The translations under genes and the position numbers were made by a program. Of a DNA stretch of 64,000 nucleotides, positions 1-13,300 are shown piece after piece (positions within the stretch are counted from its first letter, which is position 1; every line of letters starts with the position of its first letter). The notes below the pieces were generated by a model that ran no database searches, was not told the origin of the DNA, and saw only the letters and a program-made list of their open reading frames with translations. Source of the DNA: Basidiobolus meristosporus CBS 931.73 (Eukaryota > Fungi > Basidiobolomycota); the NCBI GenBank assembly GCA_002104905.1, contig MCFE01000397.1, positions 17,806-81,805 on the forward strand, given 5' to 3'.

Positions 1-2057
1 GTACCTCAATGGCCAGTTGTCTTGACCTAAACTAGTCTCTTTATTCTACACTAACATTGAGCCCAACCTTACATGCAACAAGTAACTCTGTTGAAATCCA
101 CCATTCAATTGGTATTTCTGCTGTAACCCTCTTTTTGCAACTCTTTGGTGGGAACCCTGCAGCTTTACATCACCGTTAATTCATGGGTTCCCATATATCC
201 TGGTCTTCAGCCAGCACTGCAAGGTCTAGCACCTCATCTGCCAGTCTTTGAAATAAATTCTTGCAATAATAAAGTGTGTTTCTGGAGCACTGCTCTTGAA
301 AAAGTGCTGCCATCCCTTGGTGTGCCTATTGGTGTTCCAAAACTCCACCGCAGGTATACAATAGTCATTTAACTTCTTAAAATTGATGCTTTGTCTGTCA
401 GTGGGATATCCAATCTGCCTACAATGGCAGATGTGAAGGCAGTGGTAGACAAATTGTATTACTCTGCAAACTCAAATACCTCACTGGAGTGTAGCTGAAC
501 TGGCTGTGCTTTCAACTCTAGAGAAAACAGCATCTGTCTAGTTTGTAACTCTACTGGGTTGACAACATCAATTAGTGAGAACTACAGCATTTTTCTCCCA
601 CCTCCCTTTGTCTGGCTTACATTGGGCTTTTTCTCTTCACCTTTCTCTTGATCATAGCAAAGTCACTCACTGCTACTTTGATGGAGCTCTTGAAAGGTAC
701 TTTATTTTCTCCTTGGTGAATGTTACACTAGTACATCTGTTTTGCAGGCTGGTCCCTTGCTAGTACTCAAAAATGTGTTTTTATCACTGTCAAATTGCTC
801 ACTGCTACTGTGAACTAATGCTTATTGCATTGTACTATATTTTCTTCCTAATGAATGCTGCACTGGTGCATCTGTTTTTGCCTATTGATCCTTTACTGGC
901 ACTCCTCTGGCTATATGATGTGTCTTTGCCACTTGTTAGGAGCTTTTAGCCTTGCTGGTCTTCAACTGTTGCACCCTTATTCTGTGGCCTTTGATGGTTT
1001 CTGCTATTCTTGAGTCACTATCTAAACATACAAATGCTGGCTCATAATCTGTCTGCATGCTTGAGTCCAGGATAATGCTCATGGAGCAGGTAAAGTGCAT
1101 TCCACTTGGCTTTGAGTTCCTGATGATCCCATGGAATGCCAGCCTTAAGGTGATGCCATATTAGACTTCTTTCAGCATCTTGCATATTAGACTACTCAGA
1201 TTATTGCACTCAACAGCATCACGGATTCTCAGTGTCTTTTAATTTATAGGCTAGGATACACTGTAGTCTCACCCACCCATGCTGTGATAGGTATTTCAGG
1301 GGGCTTTATATGTGGGCAATGTTTATGTGCTTCAGCAATTATATGGTGTTCTTCTGCTGTTACATTGGAAATGGCTCAATTCATGGCATTGATCTTGAGC
1401 TACTCAAGTTCCTTCTTTGCAGCAAAGATGTTGCATTCACTACCTGAGATCCCTATGAAAAATTATTGAGATGATCCCATTAAAAGGCCAACTCAAAGTT
1501 AAAGTCCCAAGACTAAAAGGTACTGATCCCTTCAGGACACTGCTCAGGTTGTGACCCTTGGGTCCATTACTATAAAAATAGATGGTTGGTTCCTTTGCTT
1601 ACTACAGATCTTGTAGCGCATAAAGGCTTAGATTTTATCAAATGTTGTGGCAAAGTAAGGAATATGTGGACATTGATATTTCACTCTACAGTTGCTTCAT
1701 CAAGTACTGGTGGATGAAAATTTGGAAAATGTCCGGAAGACCTTTTTTGGATGTTTCCCTGCTTGTTGCACTAAATGTCAAAGAAAGCTGTTGTCCAACC
1801 ATTCTTCTGTTGCTGTCAGCGGTGGGGTTTGATTAGGAACCAGACAACTTTGCTTTATTTTTTGGTGGCATATATATGAAAGTGGGTCAAACTAAAGGTG
1901 CAAAGGTGTTACATATACATGTGTATGTGGTGCCACAACTGTATTTATAGTGCTTTCTACGGCAGGTCATCATTGAATCTCACATTCATATAGATGCAAT
2001 GTCTCAAAAACAAGACTGCCTTAAGTTCACATGAGTATCAACAAAAAAGTGATATTA

Positions 2058-4542
2058 TAGTGTTACATTGTTGATGGTCAAACTGTTTGCCACATGGACA
2101 AGATTACTTTGACTCAATGTTGTAAGACAAGAGAAAAAAGACCATGTGGCTATTGTGGCAAGCCCCTCAGCCATGAAGCACACAGACAGCATAGGAAGTA
2201 TTACAAGGATTACTGCCAGTGTTTTGCTACCCAAGTCATATTTGACCATTGATTGGTCACTACTATACCAACATTGTCTTGTTGGCCATTTGATACTAAT
2301 GTATTGGCACCTGCCCAGCTTTGTCACCTTGCACAAACTGAGTCAAGTGAGTTTTTGACACCTTTGGGCTCACCTCAGCCTTCCAAATATGGCATGCAGA
2401 GTGATAGCTCTGATGAATAAGGTTTACTGATGGATTTTGAGCCTATCTCTTGTAACAACAGTACCATGTATTAGACCTGTCAAATCTCTATATGCAATGC
2501 AACAACACCCATTTAAACAAATGCCAAGGATACTTTATGGAGCCAAGTGAGCCTAGTAATACATCTACCGGTGAATGATGTAGTGTTGTGGCTTGAGAAG
2601 TGGCATGTCTCTGTTGCAATTTAAGAAGTGATTTGGATATAAGGAACTTATCAAGAAATAGTGATAATAGTTAAACTGTTGTTTATTCATAAAGAAGCTC
2701 AGTATTTATACCTTTGTAGAAGTAATACAGCTGCAACACTAAGTAGGGAGGGTTTCTCAATATTCAGGAGCATTCTGTAACAGTTTCAGGGTTAGTACAT
2801 AATGTTTGGTAATAGTGCTAATTTGATCCTGACTATAGGGGAATAATCATAAGATCATATATCTGGAGAAAGTGGCAAAGTTAAGGCAGTAAATGAGTCC
2901 TACAGTGACTAAGACTAGCCTAGAATTGTTAAGTAAATTTTTAGCTGCTGAATGATACCAAATAGTCCAATATTTCAACAGTCTCCACCAATATCAGTAA
3001 TGGGGGCTTTGAGGATTTTTACTACTTCTTGCCAAAATCATACTGGGATGCAACTTACCATGTACATTGTACAAGTGGACAACCATCATGCAGCTGGCAA
3101 CAAATGATCCAGAGACTGTCCTGATTCCAGCATGTGTTACCATTTGCATGGCATTCAAATCCAAAAATGCTACCATTGCAACATGCCCAAGTTGTCAGAT
3201 ATCCACCACCATTAGGGGAAAACATTGTTCACACCCTGGATATATTCTGGTCGTACCCTGTCTGAGGAAGCTGATGCAGTCCAACAAATATTGCAAAGCA
3301 ATACAGTACTGGACTCTCATAAAACAAGTACTCTACCAGCAAATCTTGCTGGCCACTGATTCTCATCAATCTGAATCTGCCACCCATCTTGTAGTATCAA
3401 ACCAATAATCTGATGGTAGTCTCACTGGTATATGGGCCTAAATTGCTGTCCAACCTGCATAGCTACCTGTATCCATTGCTGGATTAACTTTGTATGCCTT
3501 TCAGCATGATAACAGTATATGGCTGTCATGTAAAAGTGCATATTATTATGTGCATTAGAGATACCCCTGCCATCAGCAAGATAACAGGTTTTTCCGGGCA
3601 CAATAGATAGTATTGCTGTCAAATATGTGAGATCCAGGGGATTTACTTCATAACTGACACACACTATTATTACCCAAATGCCAGTACTAAGAGCATCATA
3701 TTTCCACAGAGAGAACATACAGAAGTCAGCATGCAATTGCAGCAAAGTTGGCTAGCTATAAGCTGGAATATGGATTCAATTGGAAACCAGCAATACTTAA
3801 GATAGAGGGTATCTGTTAGTGCAAAAGCTTTCCGCTGGGAGCAAAGCACTTGCTTTTCAACACTATCCCTATAATGATCACCAAGTTGCACATGGGGCAT
3901 TTCAAGCTAAATGAGCCCTTGAAGATATTACAGAGTATTTGCTACACTAAGCACTTCTCACAAGCTCCAATTTATATTAATACACATATGCAACAATACA
4001 AATGCAAAGACTGAATGAACTAGATATGTATTTATTCAAGTGGTATTCTGAAGTCATTCCTATCAAGAGTGCAGTGAAAGCATTGGGAGTCATACGCGGA
4101 CATTGTAGGAATATTTATTCTGAAGCAGATCACCAATGCCAACTTGATATATCTACAGCTGTTGTGTGAGGAGTGTGTGATGGAGTTTAAGTAGCTATAC
4201 TGGAAATATAAAGCTGAACGTGTAGATCTCTGCCGCTATTGTATCCATTTTCTATTCCATCTTGCATAGTGTGTGGAGAATATTGGGTTTTGATTCACCT
4301 TTTGAGAGTTTCTTATGGAGCAGTTGTGTGGGGAGATAGCCAGAGAAGTCAAGTTGCAGGTAGTACTATATCCCAATAACATCAACAATATTACCTTCAA
4401 GTCTGTCACAGATGTGATGAGTTGGCATATGGAGGACAGCCAGGAAGAGTTGGAAAGTACTGAGGATAAATGTGCACATGGAGACACCTATGCCTATGAC
4501 ATCAAGGAGCTAAGCAGCCCAAATGTGTGGGTAATCAGTTAA
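2058..4542 (+). pseudogene. Degenerate CACTA/Tnp2-type DDE transposase of copy B, interrupted by a solo LTR
   Basis: Fragments ACVTICMAF..CPSC, GYILVVPCLRKL and MEQLCGEIAREVKLQVVLYPN parallel the copy D transposase; many stops and frameshifts. Confidence 0.75.
2612..2980 (-). mobile_element. Solo LTR of Copia family C1
   Basis: 369 bp, TG...CA, 5-bp TSD GTCTC on both sides; 2 differences from LTR 15658-16026 and 4 from LTR 19975-20343. Confidence 0.95.
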
Positions 4543-5732
4543 GTAATGCAATGTTGGGTTGGGTACAACAAGCAACTCATTTTCATCAGGAAAATTCTAT
4601 TAAGGTGTGCTGGATTTCTCATGGTCACAAGCCAACTTCTACACCACTCAATATGGAATTCACACAAACAAACACCTACAAGGGGGACTAGAATCCAGCA
4701 GGGAGAAGGAATATATTGGCTATATACCAAGAAGTTCTTTGCGGATATTCAGGAGGAATTAATGGCAGAAGTGGTGACAACCAAGCATATGTTTGCAGGA
4801 TGTGTATGTAACCTGTAGTACATGGTATATGGTAAGTTTGCAAGTATCACACTAAAAAGCCGTAAAGTTGAGGTGATAGAAGTATGTCAATTGTGGCAGG
4901 TATGCGTGTTTGTGGAGGTTAGTAAGCAGGAGGCCATGTTTTTTTGATTTGAACTATATGTGAATTACCCAAAGTAGTAGTGGGTAAGCAAATAAAGAGG
5001 GATGATTCTACAGTGGAATATATGAAGTGCACAAGGGGGGTAGAAAAAGGAAATAACATTTTGTAAATTAGTACAATAGCATTATACAAGACCAGCAATG
5101 GGCTGTCATACTACCAATATAATGCCATCAGAGTCTTGCTGTGAGGCTGCCAAAGTACCGCCAAGTTTCTTGCCATATAAGACAATGGATGTCCTGGCCA
5201 TTTGGATCCACTTAAAATAGTTATAGAGCGCTAAAAGACCGCAACAATACCATGCAGATATCATCACAGCATTGCTTTAGTCTTGTCAAGTTTTATCACT
5301 TCATTTGGTTGTAAAATTAGCAAAACACTGTCACAATCCTGCCATAAGATTGTTAGAAGGGTCATTGTTTCCAAGCTGCTGGTACTATGATGGTCTCTAA
5401 ATGGATCCTGATGGCTGATCTGGATCAAATCTACCCACGGGACCAAATTATTTCTCATAGGGCAATATTGAATGCTTTACATGTGTTATCTGTTCATTCT
5501 GCTTCTGAACTACTTCCTGAGGAAGAAGGCTCACTGCAAGATTGTAAGCCTATTTTCCCTAACAAAAGTACTATGCCTGAGCCCAGCAAAATCCCAACAT
5601 GGAATGAGACTACATCAATAAAAATATGTCAAGGATACTTAATGGAGCAAAGTCCAACCAGTATACAATCTGGTGGTGAATGATGTGATGTTGTTATTAA
5701 AGAAATGGCATGTTTCCACAAATTTTGGCAAT

Positions 5733-8091
5733 CATTGATTACATCATCATCACCCAACTTGATTACACTTCATACATCTATTTCTGTATGATAAGGATCT
5801 GCTGATTCATCTACTGACTAGTACTACTGATATGATAGATAACAATGACATACTGATAGGCTAAACCTTAAACTGATTGATTTGTTTGAAAACTGATATA
5901 ACTTGAACATTCAGCCAATAAATCATAATGTTATTCCCTAATAAAGTTGAGAGGGTATTCCAGAATCTCTTTTCTGGCAATACTAATATCTTGATGGATC
6001 AGTATTGTAAGCAAGTCTTGCAAGCCTGAGTCTGTCTCTATGAACTAAGTCTTCCCAGATATTACCTTGTTTGTCCACTGTTGGTAAGTTGTAAATGGAC
6101 ATTCTCTGATGGTCTTGAAAGGTCCTGTTCATTGTGGCTCAAACTTCTTCCATGTTGTTGTCTCTCAGTAATACAAAGTTCCCAACTGTCAATGTCTCTG
6201 GTGATATAGTCTTATCTGATCCTTGCTTCATCTTTTCTGTGCTGGCCTATGCTTTTGGTGTCTTTGTTCCAGCTGTTGGTGTCTACTTGGCTGACTGAGT
6301 TCATCCTCTAAGGTGACTGTAAGCTTTGGTTTTGCTGAACTCCTAGAATCCTTGGTGCATATTCATACACTAAGTAAAGTGGCAATTGTTGGGTGGTGTT
6401 GTGCACTCTTACTCTGCAGGCAAAGAGTGCTTGGTCTATATACTCATCCAATCTACTAACAGCTCCATTTGCGTACTTAGTCAGTATTCTTACAAATAAT
6501 TCATTAAACTGCTCAGTGACTCCATAAGTTCTAGGGTGAAACGCTGAGGTTGCAGGTGTTTGATTTGCTGCATTTCTAGGTAAGCTTTCAATATCTTTGC
6601 CATAAAATTTGCTCCTCTAGTGGATGAAATCTCTACAGGGCATCCAAACTTCATAAGGATTTGTTGGTAGATGAAACTTGTAACTACTTGCTCACTGGCT
6701 ACAGGTACTGCTTTAGCCACTGGCCATTTAGTGGCATGATCAATTGCTACTAGGATCCACCACTTGCATTTCCTGGTGGTTGGTAGTCTTCCAATAAAGT
6801 CAGTTCCTCATCTCTCAGATGGTCTCCCAGGCTCTGAGGGAAAGAGTGCAGCAATTCTCTGTGGTTGGCCTTAGTTGATTTGGCAATATGGGCATGTTTT
6901 CACTAGCCTCTCAATATCTTGTTTCATTCCGGGCCACCATGCTCTGACTTTCACAAGGCTATAGGTTCTTTCAACTCCAAAATGTTCACATCCATTGTGT
7001 AGCTTATGTATTAAATTCAGGCAAGCAACATAAGGGCAATAAGCAATAGGGCTTCCATCAACAACTTGGTAGGGTGTTTCATCCTGTACCATAAGCTTGC
7101 TGGTTTCATCCCAGATTATCTTCTTAATCTCTTCATCCACCACATTAGGAATGGCTTGATCCTCCAAGTACTCTGGTAATAAGTTAGGCTAATCTAATTC
7201 ATGCACCAAGTTGAGTTATGCAACTTGTTCTAGTCTTGATAACATATCAGCAACTGTGTTGTTTTTCCCAGGGCAGCAGACTGTCTTTAAGTCAAATTGC
7301 TGAGTGTATTCACACCATCTTGCCATTCCTCTAGAGCTTGACAGCTGACTAGTTCATTCTTGAGCATTTGAAAGGCAGTGTCATAAGCTATGTTGCAATT
7401 CATGGTGTTGTCTTTCATGAGAATATCAGTTAAAAGGGTTTCAATACTTGCAAAGGACTAGACAAATCTCCAATAATAGGAGACTATTTCAAGAAATGAT
7501 GCAAGTTCTGATATGCTATGGGGCTCCTTTAGATTCTTGATGACTTCAACCTTGTTGGGGTCTAAGGTTACTGCTGTGCTAGTCACCATGTGTCCCAGGT
7601 ATTCAGCATGTTCCTTGAAGAGTTCACACTTTACTAGCTTGCCATACAGCTGGTTCTCTCTTAACTTCTTCAAGACCTTTTCAATATGCACCAAGCGTTC
7701 CTCTTCTGTCTTGCTGTAGATCAATATGTTATCTAAGTAGATTACCACAAACCTGTCTAAGTGTTCCTGGAAGACTGCTGGCACCAAGAGCATAAATGTT
7801 GCAGGGGCATGGGTAAGGCCAAAACTCATGGCTTGGTACTCAAAGTGTCCATTTCTGGTCTTGAATGCTGTCTCGGGGATGTGTTCTGGCTCCACCCTAA
7901 TCTGGTGGTACCCTGACATGAGGTCAATCTTGCTGAATAGGATGACTCCATTGAGTTGGTCTGCTATTTCACCAGCTGACTAACACTAATGAGCTGATAG
8001 GCAACACTGATATACTGATAGGCAAAACATAAAACTAGTTGATTTGATTAAAGCTGATCTCACTTGAACATTCAAGTTGTAGATGATAACA
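5733..8091 (-). mobile_element. Internally deleted, decayed Ty3/Gypsy (family G3) copy with partial LTRs at both ends
   Basis: RT (MSGYHQIRV, YLDNILIYS) and integrase (LHNGCEHFG..WWPGM..CPYCQ) fragments; LTR remnants at ~5733-5929 and ~7965-8091 match 10354-10722 and 14921-15298. Confidence 0.8.
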
Positions 8092-8140
8092 GTCTCACCA
8101 GCATCCTGGCCTAAATCACTACCCATCCTGGATAGCTAGA

Positions 8141-8961
8141 CCCTATGAAAATTATTGTGACAATCCTGTCAAAAAGCTGATGCAAATTCCAAGGCCGGCA
8201 ACTAAGAGGTATTGACCCCATCAGGATACTATGACAAAATTATCAAATAATTTGCGCTCCAGAATCCACAAAAAATTGATCAATTTTCCATCACAACAAT
8301 ACAATAGTGGCTTTTTACTGATTCTCTGCCAACTGTCTCTCATTCTGATCCTGGACACTCTACCACCTCCTAAGTTTGCGTGCATTGAGTGGCTATTGCC
8401 TCTTTTTCACACTCCTTACTTCTTGACTCAACCTTTCTCTTACTTATCATTTGTTCAAATGGATTTATTTCCATTGAAACTTCAGTTGAACCTCAATTGC
8501 CAGTTTTATAGACCTAAACAAGTCCCTATACTGTACATCAACAGTAAGCTTAACCACACACTCTGTTTCAATATAAGATGTGATCTTGAATTAACAAACA
8601 TATCAAAAAATGTTGATAGTAGTTGTGTTGTGGTTTAGATATAAAGAAGCTCAGGATTTATACCTTTGTAGAAGTAATACAACTGCAACACTAAGTAAAG
8701 AGGGCTTCTCAACATTGAGAAGCTTTCTGGAACAGTTTCAGGGTTGGTAAAAAATGTCTGGTAAAAGTGCTAATATGATTTAGACTTTAGAGACAAAGGA
8801 TCATAGATCTGAGGAAACTGGCCAGGTTAGGGTTGGTTATTAGTCCTACAGTGATTAAGACTAGTCTAGTATAGTTGAGTAAACTTTTAGCTGCTGAATG
8901 ATACCAAATTGTTTGATATTTTAACATTCTGTACAAGTAACTGCATTTGAATTCACCACCT
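8141..8961 (+). mobile_element. Left-terminal fragment (copy C) of the CMC/EnSpm-type transposon
   Basis: Starts CCCTATGAAAATTATT; collinear with 26913-27365 on both sides of a solo LTR; no right terminus found. Confidence 0.75.
8564..8926 (-). mobile_element. Diverged solo LTR related to Copia C1
   Basis: TG...CA, ~363 bp; shares the blocks taaagaagctcag..tatacctttgtagaagtaatac and ttttagctgctgaatgatacc with the C1 LTR; TSD decayed. Confidence 0.7.
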
Positions 8962-10353
8962 GGAATAATCATAGGTTCATATATCTGAAAGAAAGTGCCA
9001 AAGTTAGGGATACAAATGAGTCTATAGTAACTGAGACTTGGCCACAATTGTTAAGTAATTTTTTAGCTGCCAAGTGATACCAACTAGTCCAATGCCCCAA
9101 CACTTCTCCTCCACCAATAGTTTCTTAATCCTTATTTCTCTCTGAGATTCTGAAACTGTAGCATAGCTAGTGATCCATTCAATATATCTACCATCAATCT
9201 GTTAGTTGGGCAATAAACCAACTCTACCAAGTTATTTTCTACAGCTTCTCCAACAAAGTGGTGTTGCATGTATAGTTCTGGCATGGTGTCTGGGACTTCT
9301 AACTAATGAAGTACAACTTAGATTACTCTTGTAAATACTTGTTGGTTCATCTGATTTAGAACTTAAGTTATTGAATGCTTTTTGTAATCATTTAGCCTCC
9401 TTAGTTGCTTGATAAGCAGGCATACACTCTGCCTCAGCTGTGGAGAGTGCTATTGTTGATTTTATCTTACAATTCCAATTGATAGCCACACCAGCAAACA
9501 GTAACACATACCCAGTGGCAGAGCATCTGTCAATCAGATCCCTACCCAGTCTGATCACTATCACCATCAAGTCCTTGCCTGTTAGCAGCTCTAGAGCATT
9601 CAAGCATCAAACTTGTGGTACCATGTATATATCTGAAAACCTACTTAACTGCTGTAATTTAATCTGATCCATAATTTTGCATTACCTGACTATTTGTTCC
9701 TACTGCCACAGCAATGTCTGGAAGTGTAAATACTGTTACATACATCAGACTACTAATCATAGATTGGTTGGGGAAGTTTTTGTTCAAATATAAGCATTTT
9801 TGACCCAAGACTGACTGATATTTGCTCAATTTTAGGTTATCTGTCACAGGGATTGCTGCAGGCTTGAAATTTAACATTTTGAAGCATCTAAGATTGTCTC
9901 TTATATATGTAGACTGATTCAACACAATTTTCTGCGTAGGGATGTAAGATTTGACCATAATCAGAAGAAATAGCTCAGTTTTCCAGGATCTTGTATCTCA
10001 AGCTTACTGAAGAAATCTGATTTTGTCTGTTTAAGTGCCTGCTGGTCACTTGTTGCTACTATTAAGTTGTTAATATAGGGTAGGTGGTGATCACACCCTT
10101 TTTGAGCTGCTTCACATATAAACTATGATCTGCAATGCTATAAATGAACATAATCTCCTCTAAATATATGTCAATCTTGTACCATGCTCTAGGTGCCTGT
10201 TTAAGTCTATACAGCAATATTCCAAGTTTGCACACCTTATAGGGGCCTTATGGGTTGGTAAAACTCTGTGGTTGCTCCATATATTTAGTTAGTTGTAGTT
10301 CCCATTTAGAAAGGCTGTTTTATGTCCCTTCAATCCAGACCTAGACTGTATAC
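8962..10353 (-). mobile_element. Decayed 3' part of a C1-like Copia (truncated LTR, PPT, RNase H and RT fragments)
   Basis: 8962-9102 matches the last ~140 bp of the C1 LTR; downstream sequence is collinear with 16030-17290 (e.g. IALSTAEAECM); many stops. Confidence 0.8.
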
Positions 10354-13300
10354 TGTTATAAGTCTAGATATAAGAGTTGTGGAGGAATAGGGAGTTTAGT
10401 TAGTATTGTACTCACTAAAACTTGAATTGATCTTTATTGAGGTTCCAGCAGCTCCTTTTATACATTTTGCCAGATTAGTTGCTGACTGATTGTATTTCAT
10501 AATGTAGGCTGTGGCTGATGACTCATTTGATTGCATTGTCATCACCAAATAAAATCCTACTTAATATATCTATTTCTGACTAATAAGGATCTGCTGATTC
10601 ATTTGCTGACTAATACTACTAATTTGATAGATAATACTGATATTCTGATGAGCTAAACATATAGCTGATTGATTTGACTGAAAACTGATCTAACTTAAAC
10701 ATTCAAGCGGCAGATCATAAAATTCTCCCCTGCTTAAGTTGAGAGGGTTCTCCTGAATCTCTTTTCTTGTGATACCAATATCTGGATGGTTCAATATTAT
10801 CAGCATGTCTTGCAAGCTTGAGTCTGTCCCTATGCACAAAGTCTTCCTGGATATTGCCTTGTTTGTCCACTAGTTGGTAAGTTGCAAATGGACATTCTAT
10901 GATGATCTTGAATGGTCCTGTCCATTGTGTCTCAGACTTCTTCCAAGTGTTGTTTCTTAGCAATACAAAGTTCCCAACTGTCAATGCCTCTGGTGATATA
11001 GTCTTATCAAATCTTTTCTTCATCTTTTCTGCACTCTGAGATACTTTGGTCTGTGCCTCTTAATATCTTTGTTTCAGTGGCTGGTGTATACTTGGCTCAC
11101 TGAGCTCATCATATAAGGCATCTGCAAGCTTTGGTTGTGCGAGATCTCCTGGAATCCTTGGTTCACATCCATACACTTGGTAAAATGGTAATTGCTGCGT
11201 GGTGTTGTGTACTCTGACTCTGTATGCAAAGAGTGCTTGGTCTATATACTCATCCCATCTACTGACAACTCCATATGCATACATGGTCAGCATTTTTCCA
11301 TGTAATCCATTAAACCGCTCAGTGACCCCATTAGTTCTGGGGTGATATGCCAAGGTTTCAAGTGCTTGATCTGCTGCTTTTCCAGGTAAGCTTCCAATAT
11401 CTTTGCCATAAAGTTTGCACCTCTATCAGATAGAATCTCTACAGGGCATCCAAACTTCACAAGGATCTCATGGTATATGAAACTTGTAGCTTCTTGCTCA
11501 CTGGTTAAAGGTACAGCTTTAGCCACTAGCCATTTAGTGGCATGGCCAATTGCTGCCAGGATCCAACAGTTGCATTTCCTGGTAGTTGGCAGTCTTCCAA
11601 TAAGTCAATTCCCCATCTTTCAAATGGTCTTACAGGCTCCAAGGGAAAGAATTCAGCAATTCTCTGTGGTTGGCCTTGGTTGATTTGGCAATTTGGGCTT
11701 GTTTCACCAGCTTCTCAATGTCATGTTTCATTCTGGGCCACCATGCACTGGCTTTCACAAGGCTATTGGCTCCTTCAATTCTAAGATATCCATATCTATT
11801 GTGTAGCTTATGTATTAAATCCAGGTGAGAAACATAAGGGCAATAGGCAATAAGGCATCCATCAATAATTTGGTAGAGTGTGTCATCCTGTACTGCAAAT
11901 TTGCCAGCTTCATCCTGGATTATCTTCTCGATATCCTTATTCATCTCATCAGGAATGGCTTAGTCCTCTAAGTACTTTGGTAATAGGCTGGGCCAATCTG
12001 ATTCATGCACCAAGTTGAGTTGTGCAACTTGATCTAATCTTGATAAAGCGTCAGCATCCGTGTTGTTATTTCCAGGGCAGTAGACAATCTCCAAGTCAAA
12101 TTGCTGAATGTATTCACTCCATCTTGTCATTCTTCTAGAAAGTATCTTCTCAGTAAAAATATACTTGAGGGAGGCATGGTCAGTCTTTTCAGTGCATTTG
12201 ACTCCTTCAACATAGCATCTCCATGTCTTCAAACAGTGTATTATAGCAAGCATCTCCTTCTCATGCACTGGATAGTTTTGTTCTGCTGAGTTCAGTTTCT
12301 TGGACTCAAAGGCAATGGGATAGTCCTTTGCTTTGTGTTCTTGGCTCAACACTCCACCAATTGCATAATCTGAAGCATCTGTGCACAGAGTAAACTCTTT
12401 TCTGAAGTCAGGTATTCTTAAGCTTGGCAGCTTAGCAAGTTCATTCTTGAGCATCTGGAAGGCAGTTTCACAAGCTATGTCCCACTTGTAATTATTGTCT
12501 CTCTTGAGGATATCAGTTAAAGAGGCTGCAATACTTGCAAAGGACTTGACAAGTCTCCAATAATAGGAAACCATTCCAAGGAATGATCCAAGCTCTGATA
12601 TGCTTTGGGGTTGCTTCAGATTCTTGATGACTTCAACCTTCTTAGGGTCTAAGGTTACTTCTGGGCTAGTCCCTATGTGTCCCAGATATTCAACATGTTC
12701 CTTGAAGAATTCACACTTGGGTAGCTTGCCATAAATCTTGTTCTCTCTTAGCTTCTCCAAGACCTTTTCAATGTGGACCAAGTGATCCTCTTCTGTCTTG
12801 CTTTATATAAATACATCATCTAGGTAGATTATGACAAACTTTTCTAAGTACTCCTGAAAGACAGTCTGCATCAGGGTCATGAATGTTGCAGGGGCATTGG
12901 TGAGGCCAAAACTCATGACTAAGTACTTGTAGGGTCCATATCTGGTCCTGAATGCTGTCTTAGGGATGTCTTCTGGCTTCACCCTAATCTGGCTGTATCC
13001 TGACATGAGGTCAATCTTGCTGAAAATAGTGGCTCCATTGAGTTGGACCAAGAGCTCATCAATCCAAGGAATGGGGTACTTATTCTTCACAGCTACTGAG
13101 TTGAGGGTACTGCAGTCAATGCACATCCTAAGTGCTCCATCCTTCTTCTTCACCAAAAGTACTGGTGCTCCCCAAGGTGACTTGCTGGGTCTGATATATC
13201 CTTGCTCCAGTAACTGATCTATTTGTCTCTTCATCTCTTCCAACTCCAATGGACTCATTCTGTAAGGTGCCTTACTCACTGGAGGGCCATCTCCTGTTTC

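Larger units (their letters stand above)
1451..5462 (+). mobile_element. CMC/EnSpm-type DNA transposon copy B, internally deleted (no accessory ORF), nested in copy A
   Basis: Left end CCCTATGAAAAATTATT and right end AATTATTTCTCATAGGG form a 15/17 inverted repeat. Removing the element plus 4 nt restores collinearity with 28841-28868. Interior is homologous to 29220-38606. Confidence 0.85.
1..8140 (+). mobile_element. Fragmented host copy (A) of a CMC/EnSpm-type DNA transposon; own sequence at 1-1450, ~5463-5732 and ~8092-8140, the rest is nested inserts
   Basis: 1-1450 aligns by eye to 27270-28850 (accessory-ORF region of copy D). 5463-5732 resumes that alignment, then jumps to the transposase N-terminus. 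8092-8140 matches transposase sequence at ~30605-30655. Confidence 0.75.

Noticed and set aside
8564-9102. One 539-bp LTR with an internal duplication
   Set aside because: 8927-8961 is CMC host sequence, so this is a solo LTR plus a separate truncated LTR.
10645-10680. Hammerhead ribozyme (CTGATGAG) in the G3 LTR, and similar motifs in chromovirus LTRs
   Set aside because: A short stem follows, but there is no correctly placed GAAA or stem III.
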